A DNA stretch of 64,000 nt from Eledone cirrhosa (Eukaryota): assembly GCA_964016885.1 (NCBI GenBank), contig OZ024740.1, positions 371,318,001 through 371,382,000 of the forward strand, in the 5' to 3' direction. Below are positions 13,403-26,560 of the stretch, piece by piece. The notes beneath the pieces were generated by a model. That model was not told where the DNA came from. It saw nothing but the letters and a program-made list of their open reading frames with translations, and did not search any database. The first letter of the stretch is position 1. Each line of letters starts with the position of its first letter. A program made the translations under genes and the position numbers.

Positions 13403-16400
13403 TTTGAGTCTCAGTCATTGATGTTAGTTAACTGGAAAGTTTGTTGAAATGAATATCAAGCCACTACCTGCAGCCTCAGATATTCAGGACGTATCGGAGG
13501 GTTTTTGCTATTCCCAGCAAGCATGCCTTTTGAAACGTTCCAAAAAGCGTGAAGGGGCCAATTTTCTTTAACCATCCCTGGAAACATTTTGAGATAGTCC
13601 CTAGTGCGCCTATGACAATCGGGACCACTTTGACTTCATGGCAGTTCCAAATCCTTTTTACCTCCCAATTTAAGTCCTGGTATCGGTTAATTTTCTCCCT
13701 CTCCTTCTCTTGCACTCTCGTGTCGAATGGGCAGGCCACATCCACAATCAGGCACGATCTTTTTTCTTTGTCCACAACCACCAGGTCAGGTCTATTGTGT
13801 TCCAGTTTCTTGTCCATCTGTATCCTAAAATCCCACAGCACCTTCACCTGATCGTTTTCTATCACCGACTCTGGCTTATGCTCATACCATTTCTCAGAAT
13901 GTGGTAAATTGTTTACTTTGCATAGGTGCCAGTGGACCACCCTGCCCATCACATCATGTCTCCAGCCCTTATAGTGAGTCTGGGCTAGGTGTTTACACTC
14001 GGATACAATGTGAGCCATAGTCTCCTCTCTCTCTCCACAGATCCTGCACAGTGGGCTAGCCTCCTCCTTGTAAATATGGTGTTTCAACCACTTTGTTTTG
14101 AGGGCCTGCTCTTGCGCAGCCATTAACATTCCTTCTGTAGCCTTTTTAAGGTCTCCTCTTTTCAACCAGTTCCATGTCTGTGGATCTCTGAATTTAGTTT
14201 TCTCAAAGAAGGTACTATGAAGGGATTTTTCATGAAGGTTGCTCTTCCTCCTTGTTGTTATTTCCTCCTTGGACATCCCCTGTTCTATTGTCCTCTCCTT
14301 TAGTACAGTTCTGAGCATTGGCTCCTTACTATCAGTCACGTATTTGTGTAGGTTGTTTTTCTCCATCTGAACACAGTCCTCTATGCTGATAAGACTTCTT
14401 CCACCTTCAGATCTCCTTAAGTAGAGTCTATCGACATCACTCCTCTTGTGGAACATGTTGTAGATAGTCAATAGCTTCCTAGTCTTCCTATCCATTTCTT
14501 TTTGTTCAGCAACATTCCATCTCAGAATTCCCGCACTGTACCTAATAATAGACGCAGCTCGGGAATTTACTGCACTTATGGCATTCCTACTGTTCAGATG
14601 TGACTTTAATACGCTCCTTACTCTCCGAATGTATTCAGTTCTTATCAATTCCTTCATTTTTTTGTTCTCGATGTCATCAGCCTCCAGAACACCCAAATAC
14701 TTGTATCCTTCTTCAGTGTCAATTTCCTTTATCATCTCACCTGTTGGTACCTGGATTCCGTTACTTCTGCTCAATTTACCCCTCTTCATCACAAGGACTC
14801 CACACTTACTAATACCAAATTGCATACATATATCATTGCTGAAAATACGGACAGTGTCAACAAGCACATCCAACTCCTTCTCATTCTTCCCGAAGAGCTT
14901 AAGATCGTCCATGAAGAGGAGGTGATTGATGGTAAGCCCTCCCTTTCCCAACTGTATCCTGCTCTCACTTTTCGCAGTATACTGGTCAGGGGCATCAGGG
15001 CAAGGACAAACAACAGAGGGGACAGACTATCTCCCTGGAAGATACGTCTCTTGATCTTCACGCTTCCCAAGGATTCTCCAGCTGATGTTAACTCTGTTTC
15101 CCAGGACTTCATACTTTTGCCCAACAACTGTCTTTGCCTTTCATCCTTACGGGGTCGATAAAATAAAGTACCAGTAATGTACTGGGTAATTGCTGGCCTT
15201 GTGCCAAAAGTAGAAACAGTTATCTGCCACCTTGAAGATCTCCAAGCTTTTGGTGATCCAAGAATGAGGCACCATGTCAAATGCCTTTTTGTAATCTATC
15301 CATCCCATGGCAAGACCAGGGTGTCTCCTCTTGCAATTCCTCATTACCATCTTATCAATAAGTAACTGGTCTTTTTTACCATGGGACTTCTTTCGGCATC
15401 CTTTCTGTTCGTCCGGTAACAAGTTGTTTATGTGGAGGTGATGGTAGATTTCCTCAGACATAATGCTTGTTAACAGTTTCCACATTACGGACAGACACGT
15501 GATAGGCCTATAGTTGGTAACATCATTACCCTTGATTCGGTCTTTCATTACCAGAACTGAGGTACCTTTTGTCAACCACTCTGGTGCCTCACCCGACATC
15601 AAGCAGTCATTGAACATGGTTGTCAGTTTCGGGTGGAGGATGTTATATTTTTAATCCAATACCCCTGCACACCATCTGGGCCTGGTGATTTCCAGTTGGT
15701 TAGTTTTTTGGCCTGCCCTTCAAGAGTTTCAACTGTGATACTCAAATCAGTTTGTTGGTGTGCCTGTTCACTAATCTCTTTTTGAACTGTCTCAATCCAC
15801 ACTGCCTGACTATTATGTTCAACATCCTGCTCCCATATTCCTCTCCAGAATGTCTTAGTCTGTTTCCCCTCAGGGATCAAGTTGTTGCCTCTTTCTTTCC
15901 CTTCAAGCTGTCCAAATAACATCTTCTGGTTGTTGTCAGACATGCGGTTCTGTCTATACTGACTGACTCTGTTCTCATATCGCCTAATCTTTGCACTTTT
16001 TGCTACAATGTGTTGCTTCAGTTCCTCTATGATAATATTTAGCTTTAATCCCCCTAGTTTTGTACTTTATTTCCAATCTATCTTTAGTGTCTATGTTTTG
16101 TAATGTCCCAGTAAGGACATTAAGCTTTCCAATGTCTTTTTTCATTTCCTTGATTTGACCATTCAGTCGTTTCTTCCACCAAGGTTCTGATCTTTCTTGT
16201 TTGTTGTTTCCTCTCATTTTTATGCCAAGTAATTTCCTCACCGCATTTGCTGTTGCTTTGAGGATATTGTTGTACTGGTGAAGGCTCCTTGCCTCAAGGT
16301 ATGGGATGACTTTGTTTACCTTAGCTGTTGGTTCTTTTAACTTTTTCCTGTCTTCAAATCTTAGGTTCATAGGTTTCCCACTATCATTGTTCATTTCATC

Positions 16401-17045
16401 TACCACTAAGTTTAGGATATCAACCAAATCTTGTTCTAGCCCATCAGCATTCATCTCCTCAATGGCCGTATCTTTGTTCCAGGTATTATTTATTTCAGCA
16501 TTCAGATCATTGTCTGCTTCGGATGCTTCCTCCGTTCTCTCAACCTCTTCACCTTCATCTCCCACTGGCTCGTTTGCCTGGCATACACCACTCTCTATTT
16601 CCAATCTAATCCCTCTGCTCAGTTCCTCCAGTTCCAGCTCGCTTATCCACCCATTAGTTCTTATTACCCGAGCCTGCCTGGCCAATTTTTGTTCATCTAA
16701 TTTAAATAGACCAATCTCGTTCCAGATGTTATACATCCGTTTCCTATAGCCTTTTCCCATGGGGTTACTCTTCAGGTAACATTTCAAGACAATTCTATTC
16801 AATTCTTTCGTCCAGTTGGTTCTGGTCCCTTTCCTTCTTCTTCTTCCTCCAACACCAGCAGTATTTGGATGACAGCCAGGTCCCTGCTGCTGGGTCAGGG
16901 AGAACTTGCTGGGTGAGAGTCTTTCACATGACGTTCCAGTCTCCTTTTCACCGTTATTCGAACTGTTTAGGTTCGACATTTAAACACTCATATCGAGGAT
17001 TGGTGATACATAACCACTGGTGATTTCATCACCCCCGGTGATTTT
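13333..17045 (-). mobile_element. Near full-length R4/Dong-clade non-LTR retrotransposon (RT, CCHC finger, restriction-like endonuclease), disrupted
   Basis: ORF pieces 15984-16979, 15623-15943, 15147-15617, 14789-15130 and 13476-14951. Motifs NYRPITCL, IDYKKAFD, QGDSLSPLLF, LFMDD, YKYLG, CRICGEREETMAHIVSEC, RHD and NRPD...D. (AAT)n tail at 13333-13401. About 3 frameshifts plus a SINE insertion. Confidence 0.92.
15132..15218 (+). mobile_element. 5'-truncated Meta-domain SINE inserted in the Dong RT
   Basis: ctttgcctttcatccttacggggtcgataaaataaagtaccag...gtagaaaca matches the SINE at 17367. It splits the RT peptide FKVADN / RQLLGKSM. Confidence 0.85.
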
Positions 17046-17366
17046 AGCGTGGCACCATCATGCTGTAGACGAACATAAATAAATAAACAAATAAATAAAT
17101 AAAAACATAAAAAAATAAACATAAGTTTCATTGTAATGTTTGAATGTCTGACTTAGTTTTTTTGTTTTTTTTCCTTTTTGTTTTTCAAGGCCAGTAACAT
17201 CGGTTACTAGTGTAGTTGCTGCTGCTGCTGTTTTTGATTTTAGCTATGAGGGAAGTAGGGTTGTTGCGTTCAAAACTTTTGAAATTTGTTTTTTTTTTGT
17301 TGTTGCGTTTGTTTTTGTCTGTGTTCTGTTCTGTAATTTTTTGACTTGTTGCTTATCATTATTATT

Positions 17367-17672
17367 CGGTGGATTGGCAGTATCGGTAGAGGGTCGGACG
17401 CCATGCTTTGTAGCATAGTTACGTCCCTTTACGATCTGAGTTCAAATCCCGCCGAGGTTGACTTTGCCTTTCATCCTTACGGGGTCGATAAAATAAAGTA
17501 CCAGTAATGCACTGGGTAATTGCTGGCCTTGTGCCTAAAGTAGAAACAATTATTATTATCCCGCTGAGGTTAACTTTGCTTTCATCCTTACGGGGTCGAT
17601 AAAATAAAGTACCACTAATGTACTGGGTAATTGCTGGCCTTGTGCCTAAAGTAGAAACAATTATTATTATTA
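17367..17672 (+). mobile_element. tRNA-derived Meta-domain SINE plus a tandem 5'-truncated copy
   Basis: A box TGGCAGTATCGG, B box GAGTTCAAATCC, GCCTTTCATCC..GGGGTCGATAAA..AGTACCAG domain, (ATT)n tails. The second copy starts near 17559. Confidence 0.8.
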
Positions 17673-17954
17673 TTTGACATCGTTTAAACTAAACATTTTG
17701 AGAGAGTTTAGAGATACAACAACAATAATTATTATGGTGTTGTTGTTAGCTGTTTGACCGGGTCACTAAATCAGTCTATTTATATCTTTTGGTGACTTCC
17801 TCGTTTCTAGTCATGTGTAGTGGCACTACTACCTTTCCTCTCTTAACAGGAGGTAGTGAGGGAATAGTGGTGGTAACGATGATGGAGTGGTGACGGTGGT
17901 GATGGGGTAGTAGTACTGTAGTGATGGTGTTGTTGCAGCTGTTGGTTTGTATCT

Positions 17955-18685
17955 ATCTTATCCCTGGCCTGGCAGTGCTACCGAGGAGCTTTGCCAGTTC
18001 GGGATAAACTCTACAGGCATGGAAGTGCCGTCAGCCGGGCATGTCCGAGATGCGTGCAGGGTGATGAAACCGCCCTGCATGCACTCGTCCAATGTCCGAG
18101 CATTGCTGACTTGTGGGTTTATGTCGAACACCTGCTGTCGTGTGTAGAACGGATCCGGCTATCTGTTGAGTCCATCGTGAGGATTGCCCCACCCTCATTC
18201 TGGGAAGGGCAGGCAGTTTTTATCTGTCTGGTGGCCATGGCGAAAGAGATAGTATGGTGGACGTGTCTGAAAGGGCTGAAGACGAGCACCTACCTCTTCG
18301 GTGATGCCCTGATTAACTCTTTCAAATTTCATTTGAAAAGGAAAATCAGAGTAGAGAGGGAAGTGCTCTCTTCCCAGCATTTTGTTGAAAGATGGGTGAG
18401 AGAGGCAAGAATGGCCCGAGTGAATGGGCCTACTCTGAGTATATGCCTGTAAATTGAAGGTGGAAAACTGGGAGAGGGCACTTGCCCTGGTGGTCTGGGT
18501 CACCATGGCTTTTTTAATGGGCTTTCTCCATGATGGCCCTTGAAAGTCTCTCCCCTATTGGGGAATATTTTTATTGTTCTTTTTTGTTACATCCTCTGTT
18601 TTTGTTTTTTTTACATGCATTTGTACCGTCCTGTATTGTCCTTAATGTCTCACTTTGTGTAAACCCTTGTGGTTAATAAAGAAAG

Positions 18686-18686
<1 letters not shown>
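17955..18686 (+). mobile_element. L1/Tx1-clade LINE 3' fragment (RT zinc-binding domain and 3'UTR)
   Basis: ALPVRDKL...CPRCVQGDETALHALVQCP...LW CCHC motif, T-rich 3'UTR, AATAAA near 18675. Confidence 0.75.
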
Positions 18687-18687
<1 letters not shown>

Positions 18688-18734
<47 letters not shown>

Positions 18735-20060
18735 GTTCTTTGGGTCTCAGTCATTGATGTTAGTTAACTGGAAAGTTTGTTGAAATGAATATCAAGCCAC
18801 TACCTGCAGCCTCAGATATTCAGGACGTATCGGAGGGTTCTTGCTGTTCCCAGCAAGCATGCCTTTTGAAGCGTTCCAAAAAGCGTGAAGGGGCCAATTT
18901 TCTTTGGAAATCTGCGTGGAGCCACAGTTGCAGGATCATCGTATTTAGATCGATGCACTGCCATTCAATGGTAATAATCAAAATTCTATGGTCCTCTCAG
19001 CTACGAAAGATGTAAATTGAAAAGCAGGGTTGTATTTTTCAATCCATCCATTGAAGTAACATACATCTGGTATATCATGAAAGAGCAGATTCGTCAGAAA
19101 TTCAGGAGTTCAAGTACTGTAGGAGATTGTTCCTGATAACCATTTCTTGGCACTACAATGTTGAGAGCATTTGTTAATTTTCTCCAAGGATTTGTAGATT
19201 GTTGCTGAAATATTTTATGAGTTACGTAGGAACTACCCATATTGTATGACAAGATTTACCTAGATTTCACAGAAGCCGCTTTGTAAGACATGTCTATGTC
19301 ATCACCCTTGCAGCTCACATCTGTAGATGTGAAATCAGTCGTTAATGTAGATTTCACGGAAGTATCGTTTTTCTTTGAGATAGTCCCTAGTGCGCCTATG
19401 ACAATCGGGATCACTTTGACTTCATGGCAGTTCCAAATCCTTTTTACTTCCCACTTTAAGTCCTGGTATCGGTTAATTTTCTCCCTCTCCTTCTCTTGCA
19501 CTCTCGTGTCGAATGGGCAGGCCACATCCACAATCAGGCACAATCTTTTTTCTTTGTCCAAAACCACCAGGTCAGGTCTATTGTGTTCCAGATTCTTGTC
19601 CGTCTGTATCCTAAAATCCCACAGCACCTTCACCTGATCGTTTTCTATCACCGCCTCTGGCTTATGCTCATACCACTTCTCAGAATGTGGTAAATTGTTT
19701 ACTTTGCATAGGTGCCAGTGGATCACCCTGCCCATCACATCATGTCTCCAGCCCTTATAGTGAGTCTGGGCTAGGTGTTTACACTCGGATACAATGTGAG
19801 CCACAGTCTCCTCTCTCTCTCCACAGATCCTGCACAGTGGGCTAGCCTCCTCCTTGTAAATGTGGTGTTTCAACCACTTCGTTTTGAGGGCCTGCTCTTG
19901 CGCAGCTATTAACATTCATTCTGTAGCCTTTTTAAGGTCTCCTCTTTTCAACCAGTTCCATGTCTGTGGATCTCTAAATTCAGTTTTCTCAAAGAAGGTA
20001 CTATGAAGGGATTTTTCCTGAAGGCTGCTCTTTCTCCTTGATGTTATTTCCTCCTTGGAC
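18688..20060 (-). mobile_element. Second, 5'-truncated Dong copy flanked by (ATT)n on both sides and interrupted at 18907-19368
   Basis: Nearly identical to 13333-14275. ORF 19256-19915 has the CCHC, RHD and RPD motifs. Confidence 0.9.
18907..19368 (-). pseudogene. Decayed Helitron RepHel N-terminal fragment inside the Dong copy
   Basis: Manual translation gives HCSAKKW and PEFLTNLLFHDIPDVCYFNGWIEKYNPAFQFTSFVAE, resembling Helitron C.HC.A.KW and F...IRKYNS.FQMTSFGA. Confidence 0.6.
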
Positions 20061-20515
20061 ATTATTATTATTATTATTATTAGTAATGTTATTACTATAA
20101 ATAGTTTGCACAGTGAATATGATAATTACTCTATCTTCTACTGTTTATTGAATCTCAACAAGAACCTTGGACAGTATACTCCTGAGTATATGGAAAGTGC
20201 TCACCAGGGCAGTCTTTGTAGGAGAGCAATTTGTGATCTATTTGTTTATTAATATTTAGACTGAGGAGGTAGGGGATAGTGCCTCTATCTTTTCAGATTC
20301 TCCACAGATTGGTAAATTTGATTTGGTTATTATTCAGCTTCAGCCTCAGGGTGCTGTAATTTGGTGGGGGTTGAAGGATTGGCTTAAAAAAAAAATTATA
20401 TAGGGTTTGAGAGTTGAAATCTAGCATGGATGATTAGAAGAAGGGGGATGAGTGCATGAAGTGAACTTGAATAGGCTTGATATACAGTTTGCTAGTTTAG
20501 AGTCAGAGGTAGTTA

Positions 20516-21639
20516 TCTATATATATAAAACTGAGGATGTCTGTCTGTGTGTGTGTGAGTTTGAATCCCTAAAACTCGAGAACTGACTTGAATTCTCAAA
20601 TTGTTTGTTGATGTCGAAACCTCTAAACTGACAGTTATAATACTCCCGGAAAAAGCAAGAATTATAAAGTTATCCCCTTCCAATTTTCACGGTCTAGTTT
20701 GCACACATTTAACCTAAGCCATCAATGTAATCTATATATATAAAAGTGAGGATGTCTGTCTGTGTGTGTGAGTTTGAATCCCTAAAACTCGAGAACCACC
20801 CAACCGACTGTTTTCAAACTTTACACATATAATACTTATGTTTCAGGGAGTGTTCTGAGCAAAAAAAAAAATGTTCAATGCCATAGGGACCGCATTAGGC
20901 GATTTAGCGATCTCTCTCTATAATTCTTAGTCTTTCTCTTTTTAGATAGATACATATATATATATATAACGCCGCGCCCTTATAATATCTGTATGTCTGG
21001 CTGTCTGCATTACGTCACTTCCCTGAGGATGTGTGTGTGTGTGTGTCTTAGTTTGAATCCCTAAAACACTCGAAGTACCCAACCGATTTTTTTTAAACTT
21101 TAAATGTGTATTACTTATGTTTCAGGGAGTGTTATGCACATAAAACATTCAACTCTTTGATCCCCTAGGGCCCGCATTAGTTGAAAAACTTTCAGGTTTT
21201 TAGGGTTTTTTTGAGGCGTTACGTCAGACCGATTTCCTTGAAATTGTAACTATGTATTAGTCAGTCTCTTCTTCATACCATGAGCAAAGAAAATCCAACT
21301 TTTTTTATGGCCTAGGGCCCGCATTAGGTGAAAAATTTCATTTTTTCAGCTTTTTAGGGCTTTTTTGAGGCGTTACGTCTACTCGATTTTCCCGAAACTT
21401 CAAGGCATATTATGCACATAAAAAAAAATTCATTTTCTTGATCCCTGAGGGCCCGCATTAGATGAAAACCTGCATTTTTCCTGCTTCATCGAGGAAAATC
21501 TTAGATTATCCAGCCATCAGAGTATTCCGTTTATTTTCTTTACATATTGTTCAGGCATGCAGTTTTTCCACGATTAGGTTTGTTGGTGGCCCGCATTCCA
21601 AAATACCTTATCCCATGCAACGCCGGGTACCATTGCTAG
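20516..21639 (+). mobile_element. Non-autonomous Helitron with nested extra 5' ends
   Basis: A|TCTATATATATAAAA start, subterminal CCCATGCAACGCCGGG, CTAG|T end. Second 5' end at 20731. Internal repeats marked by ctagggcccgcattag. Confidence 0.8.
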
Positions 21640-21939
21640 TATAAGATAAAAAAGCAGTGGCAAAAATGACAAATGCATGATAAAGTTCTGAGGATCAATT
21701 AGTGGTTAGAGCATGAACTGATGATCACAATTTCAAACTTTGCTATGGCTGTTTTGTTAATTCCAAATGAAAGAACCTTATTCCTTATCTTCTATTAATT
21801 GAGAGTGGAGGAAACAGTACCACTTCTGTTTCACAATTAACTGATTTGCAATAGGAAGTAATTACTTGAGTAGATGAGAAAGATAATGATTTCTTGGGGG
21901 ATACAGTCTTAATTTTAAAAGGAAGAGGCTATAAAGAAT

Positions 21940-22160
21940 TTAATCCTATTGATAGCAAACCACCTGAAACTGCCCCTGATTCCATGATACAAGATTGTTT
22001 TAAAGCATATATTTATCTAAAGATATTCCATCATAATTTTTAATAAAAATCCTTTTTGTGATCCTGATATTAGCTGAATTACAAGAAAGTTCATTATATT
22101 ACTAAATCCCTCCAAATTCTTGATTATTTTCATTTAGAAATCTGGCAACAAAAGAGTTAA
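21940..22160. mobile_element. TTAA-type MITE, degenerate
   Basis: TTAA...AAAGAGTTAA, with reverse similarity to 12119-12375. Confidence 0.4.
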
Positions 22161-23554
22161 TCAATTATCTTTATTGCTAGCCCACAATATGCCCCATCCC
22201 ATATAACTTTGCCATTGCTTTTGAGTATTACTTTTGTTTTGTGCTGGTGGGTGTGTGTGGTGCACCAAACTGGCCTAGTGCTTTACCTTGTCTTTGAATT
22301 TCAAAACAAATCAGATACTGCCATACATAGTTGATGGAAACCATATCCTTCCACATATTGGCTAGTGCGCCCTCCAACTGTTTTTTGAGGGCAAGTAAAA
22401 GTTCCCCCTATTTTTAACAATACAGAGGTTTATTCCTCGCTTTCTCATCTGCTCCTGTATGTGTTGTTCAGATGAATAATACTCAAATTCTCTGAGTCAA
22501 TGTCCAAACATTCTTTGTGGCTTGCCAAACTTGAGAAACTTTGAGCCTGCCCAGATGATTTAGGTCTCCATTCAGTAAACTAAGAAGAGAAGAAATAACC
22601 TTTAGGTCATTTGGCATAACCTGGCAAATATCAATTTTTTTGCATTAAACAATAAGTGCTACTCCTTTTCATGGTAGCTATGGAGTTGGTATTGAGTGTT
22701 TGAATGTGCTACTACACATAAGGAATGAAGATTGGAAGATCACTGGTACAGCCACTGCTGCAAGCTTTTATGGATGAAACCACTATCATAGTTGAAAGAA
22801 TGACTGAAGCAAAGTGTCTCCCAGCCTAGTTGAATAAGCATTTCAGCAATGTTGACTGCATATCAATGGTTAAGAAATTTATCTTTGAAATTGGAAGAGG
22901 AATAGATGCCAATTGTCCAGGCAATTATTAGCTTTGTATCTATGCAATACCCTTAAGTGATGTGAAGAGAAGTACTGAGATTGAGGTCAAGTTGAGGGGC
23001 GAACTAACTGCCATTGACAATTGTGGTTTTGCAAGAAAGTTCAATAGGGCCTTTCACTGAGGCTCTTAAAGTGTGTGAAATATTAATAAAAGTGGAAGGT
23101 GCGAAGAAGTGTGCTACCATGAAAACAGCTTAGTATTTTGCTATGCTTCACAATAATTAGGCTGAATGTTGCTACGACAAAATTGTGTTTTGCCAAGACT
23201 TTTACGTCTACTTCAACCAGGTGCATGAGATACCATTAACATGTTTGGAAAGAGTGAAAAAGTGTGCAAGCAAGTTCCTATGAGAATGGTTTAGTATCCT
23301 GCCATGCTTTACATGATTGGGATATATGTTGCTATTACAAAATATCCAGCTGCTAAGGCATAATACATAAATATTATATAATTTACAGTTAATTTAAAAC
23401 TATGCAGGAAGGCCATCCATCTGTAAAAGCATTTAATACAAGAAATAAGACATCTCCTGTTAGTAAACATGAAAGAAATATATGTAAACACACAGACAAC
23501 ACTATCTCTCACTCACACTCTCTCCCATCTCTCTTTCTGTATTCCTCTCAGTAC

Positions 23555-23583
23555 ATTTATGTGTGTATATATATATGTACATT

Positions 23584-23665
<82 letters not shown>

Positions 23666-23870
23666 CATGTGTGTGTGTGTGTGTGTGTCATTGTGTCTAT
23701 ATGCTTATATTTATCTAAATTTAAATAAGTATATGTGTGTGTGTATATATATATATATATATCCAATATGGATGAATGGATGATGATAACGATATATATA
23801 ATACATAATATATATTATTAAAATAATATATACATGTAATAAGCATGTGTGTGTGTGTATATATATATAT
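23555..23870. repeat. (TA)n/(TG)n microsatellite cluster
   Basis: Directly visible. Confidence 0.95.
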
Positions 23871-24572
23871 AAAACACAAAATATAGGTATCGATAAATGT
23901 TTGCATCCACTTTTCCATGCTAACATGAGTTAGATGGTTTCTTTGTTGAAGCAGTTGCTTTTACAGCTGGAAACCCTTTCTACCAATAACTGCTCAACCA
24001 TAAAATAGATGACGAGATGGGACATATTTTTTCTCATATATAAACATAGAGTTATTTACTTTCTGATACTATCTCTCCAATTTCTTCCTATTTCCTCTCA
24101 GTTTTTCTATTAGTTTGTTTTTCATTCTTCCTTTATTTCTCTCATTGCCTCTACTTAACCAGCCACATACACACACACATTGCACTCATCCACACATAAT
24201 ATGCTCACATGCACAAGCATATATTCATGTGCACACACACACACATACACATACATACATGCATTTGTTCATCTTTATATATAACTTAATAAGTTAGATA
24301 CAATGATAGATGATACTCTGTTTGATGCTCATACTTTAGTTGAAATGTAGCTATTATTTTTTGAGTGAGAATTGAATTGAAATATACTGATCATCCCATC
24401 CTCCCCATCCAAATTCTTTGAACTTGTATATCTATTCATTATATTTACATGAAACAAACTTCGACATTATCAAAAATTCTTATAGCAATTATGATTTTAA
24501 AGAAATGAAGGAAATATTGTTTACAAATAGTTAAGAAGATTTTTGGCCAATACTATTATTTATTTACTGAAA

Positions 24573-24760
24573 GGTAGTGGATTGGCAGTATTGGTAGAGC
24601 ATCAGACATGATGCTTTGCAGCATAGAGTTATGACACATTCAAACACTGAGTTCAAATCACGGCAAGGTTAACTTTGCCTTTCATCCTTTCGGGGTCGAT
24701 AAAATAAAGCACCAGTAATGCACTGGTGTAATTGCTGCCCTTGTGCCAAAAGCAGAAACA
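24573..24760 (+). mobile_element. Full-length Meta-domain SINE with 18-bp TSD
   Basis: A/B boxes present. ATTATTTATTTACTGAAA occurs at 24555-24572 and 24761-24778. Confidence 0.85.
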
Positions 24761-24824
24761 ATTATTTATTTACTGAAAATCAAAGTACTCAAATATTTAA
24801 ATAAAAAACGTTATACTTAGAGTA

Positions 24825-25192
24825 CCGTATATACTTGAATATAAGCCGGTCCGAATATGAACTGGGGAGCCCCCTCCATTTTATGCCTGCGAAATGGGAA
24901 AAAATCCAAACCCTGTTTATAAGTCAAAGTAACTGATCAACACATTATGTTTAGATGGCATGGTTTTGAAGTTCTCATGAATGCAAAATGTATTTATGAA
25001 GTTTTAATATTTTGGCGTTTAGAATATTTCACAACTCCATTACGTAATGCGTTTCCATTACATTAAGTTTCAACAAGTTTCTTGAATTTTTGTTTACTTC
25101 TGGCCACTTGAAAGCAAGAGATCAAATAAGAGAACTTTGTATAGTGATTCATAGAATAGAAGGTGGAAGGAGAGACAGCAAGTGTGTGTGAA

Positions 25193-25241
<49 letters not shown>

Positions 25242-25587
25242 AAGAGAAAAAGGAAGGGAGATAGACTGGGAGTAAAAACGTGTGTGTGTGTACATGTGTG
25301 CATGAGTATGTGCATGAGATACTTATGTATTAATAAGTTTAAATTATAAAAGTTTGTTGTAAATATTTCAAGGGACTGCATAAATAACACCAGTGATGAT
25401 GTAGTAAATGTAGAAAGACAGTGTTTCATTGTGAAGCATTCACTCTAGATATTTTAGCACCTTATTTATGTAGAATTTGAAGTTTGTGAAAATCGTCAAA
25501 ATATTGACCCCGAATATAAGCCAACCCATTATTTTACCATTGATTGTTTGGTCACATATTCCTCAGCATATATTCAAGTATATATGG
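24825..25587. mobile_element. Tc2/pogo-like non-autonomous DNA transposon
   Basis: TA|CCGTATATACTTGAATATAAGCCG ... CAGCATATATTCAAGTATATATGG|TA. Confidence 0.75.
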
Positions 25588-25864
25588 TAATTAAAATATG
25601 TGTGAAATATTTAACTCTTTTTAATATCAAACAACATATAACCAATCCTAGATCTATAATACAAAGCGGTTTGCTGGAATCTCGTTGTTAACATGTAGTA
25701 ATGAAAAACACTGTCTATAATATTCAAATAATTTTGAAAATAATCAAGAATTTGGGAAGATTTAGTAATATATCTTTCTCATTATGAAGCTGGTGTTTGG
25801 AACATAGCTTAATAAAGGTTCTTAGAGAGAATTATGATAGATTTTTTTTTAGATAAATATCATA

Positions 25865-26560
25865 TATATGAAGCCTGCATGCTCCGATGGATGTGTACAA
25901 GTACATAAACGGCAAATCATAAATGAACTGAAAGAGAAACTGAGCATAAAAGGGATCAGATGCAGTGTGCAAGAGAAGAGATTGCATTGGTATGGCCATG
26001 TGATCCATATGAAGGATGACAGCTGTATAAAAAGGTGCAGGGTGATCAAAGTTGATAGAAGCTATGGAATATGAAGACCCAGGAAGACCTGGGATGAGGT
26101 GATAAAAGCTGACCTTGCACAATTGCACCTCTCAAAGACAATGGCATAGGATTGAGATCTTTGGCAGTAATACAGAAGTCCTGCCTTACCATGTGCACAG
26201 ACTGAAGCATACATCTAGTAGGCATCTCTTAACCACTATCTTTCCTCTCACTACCATTCACCTCCCTTACCCTAACACCCCACCCACATCTGATCACACC
26301 ACCCTTACGCTGTAAAGTTGTTGTGTTGGTATCACAACAAAAAGCACTCAACCTACACTATAAAGTGGTTGTGTAGGTGTCACGACAAAAAGCACACAGC
26401 ACACACTGTAAATGTGGTTGGTGTTAGGAAGGGAAACCAAAATCAGAAACAGTTCTGTATGAGCAAGACACGGTCACCTAACCCAACTTGCTTCAAAAAG
26501 GACAACCTGGCTAACCCATGCTTGCATGGAAAATAGATGTTAAATGATGATGATGATAAT
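25865..26560 (+). mobile_element. RTE LINE 3' fragment (ORF C-terminus and 3'UTR)
   Basis: ELKEKLSIKGIRCSVQEKRLHWYGHVIHM...RPRKTWDEVIKAD, ending in (GAT)n. Confidence 0.8.
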
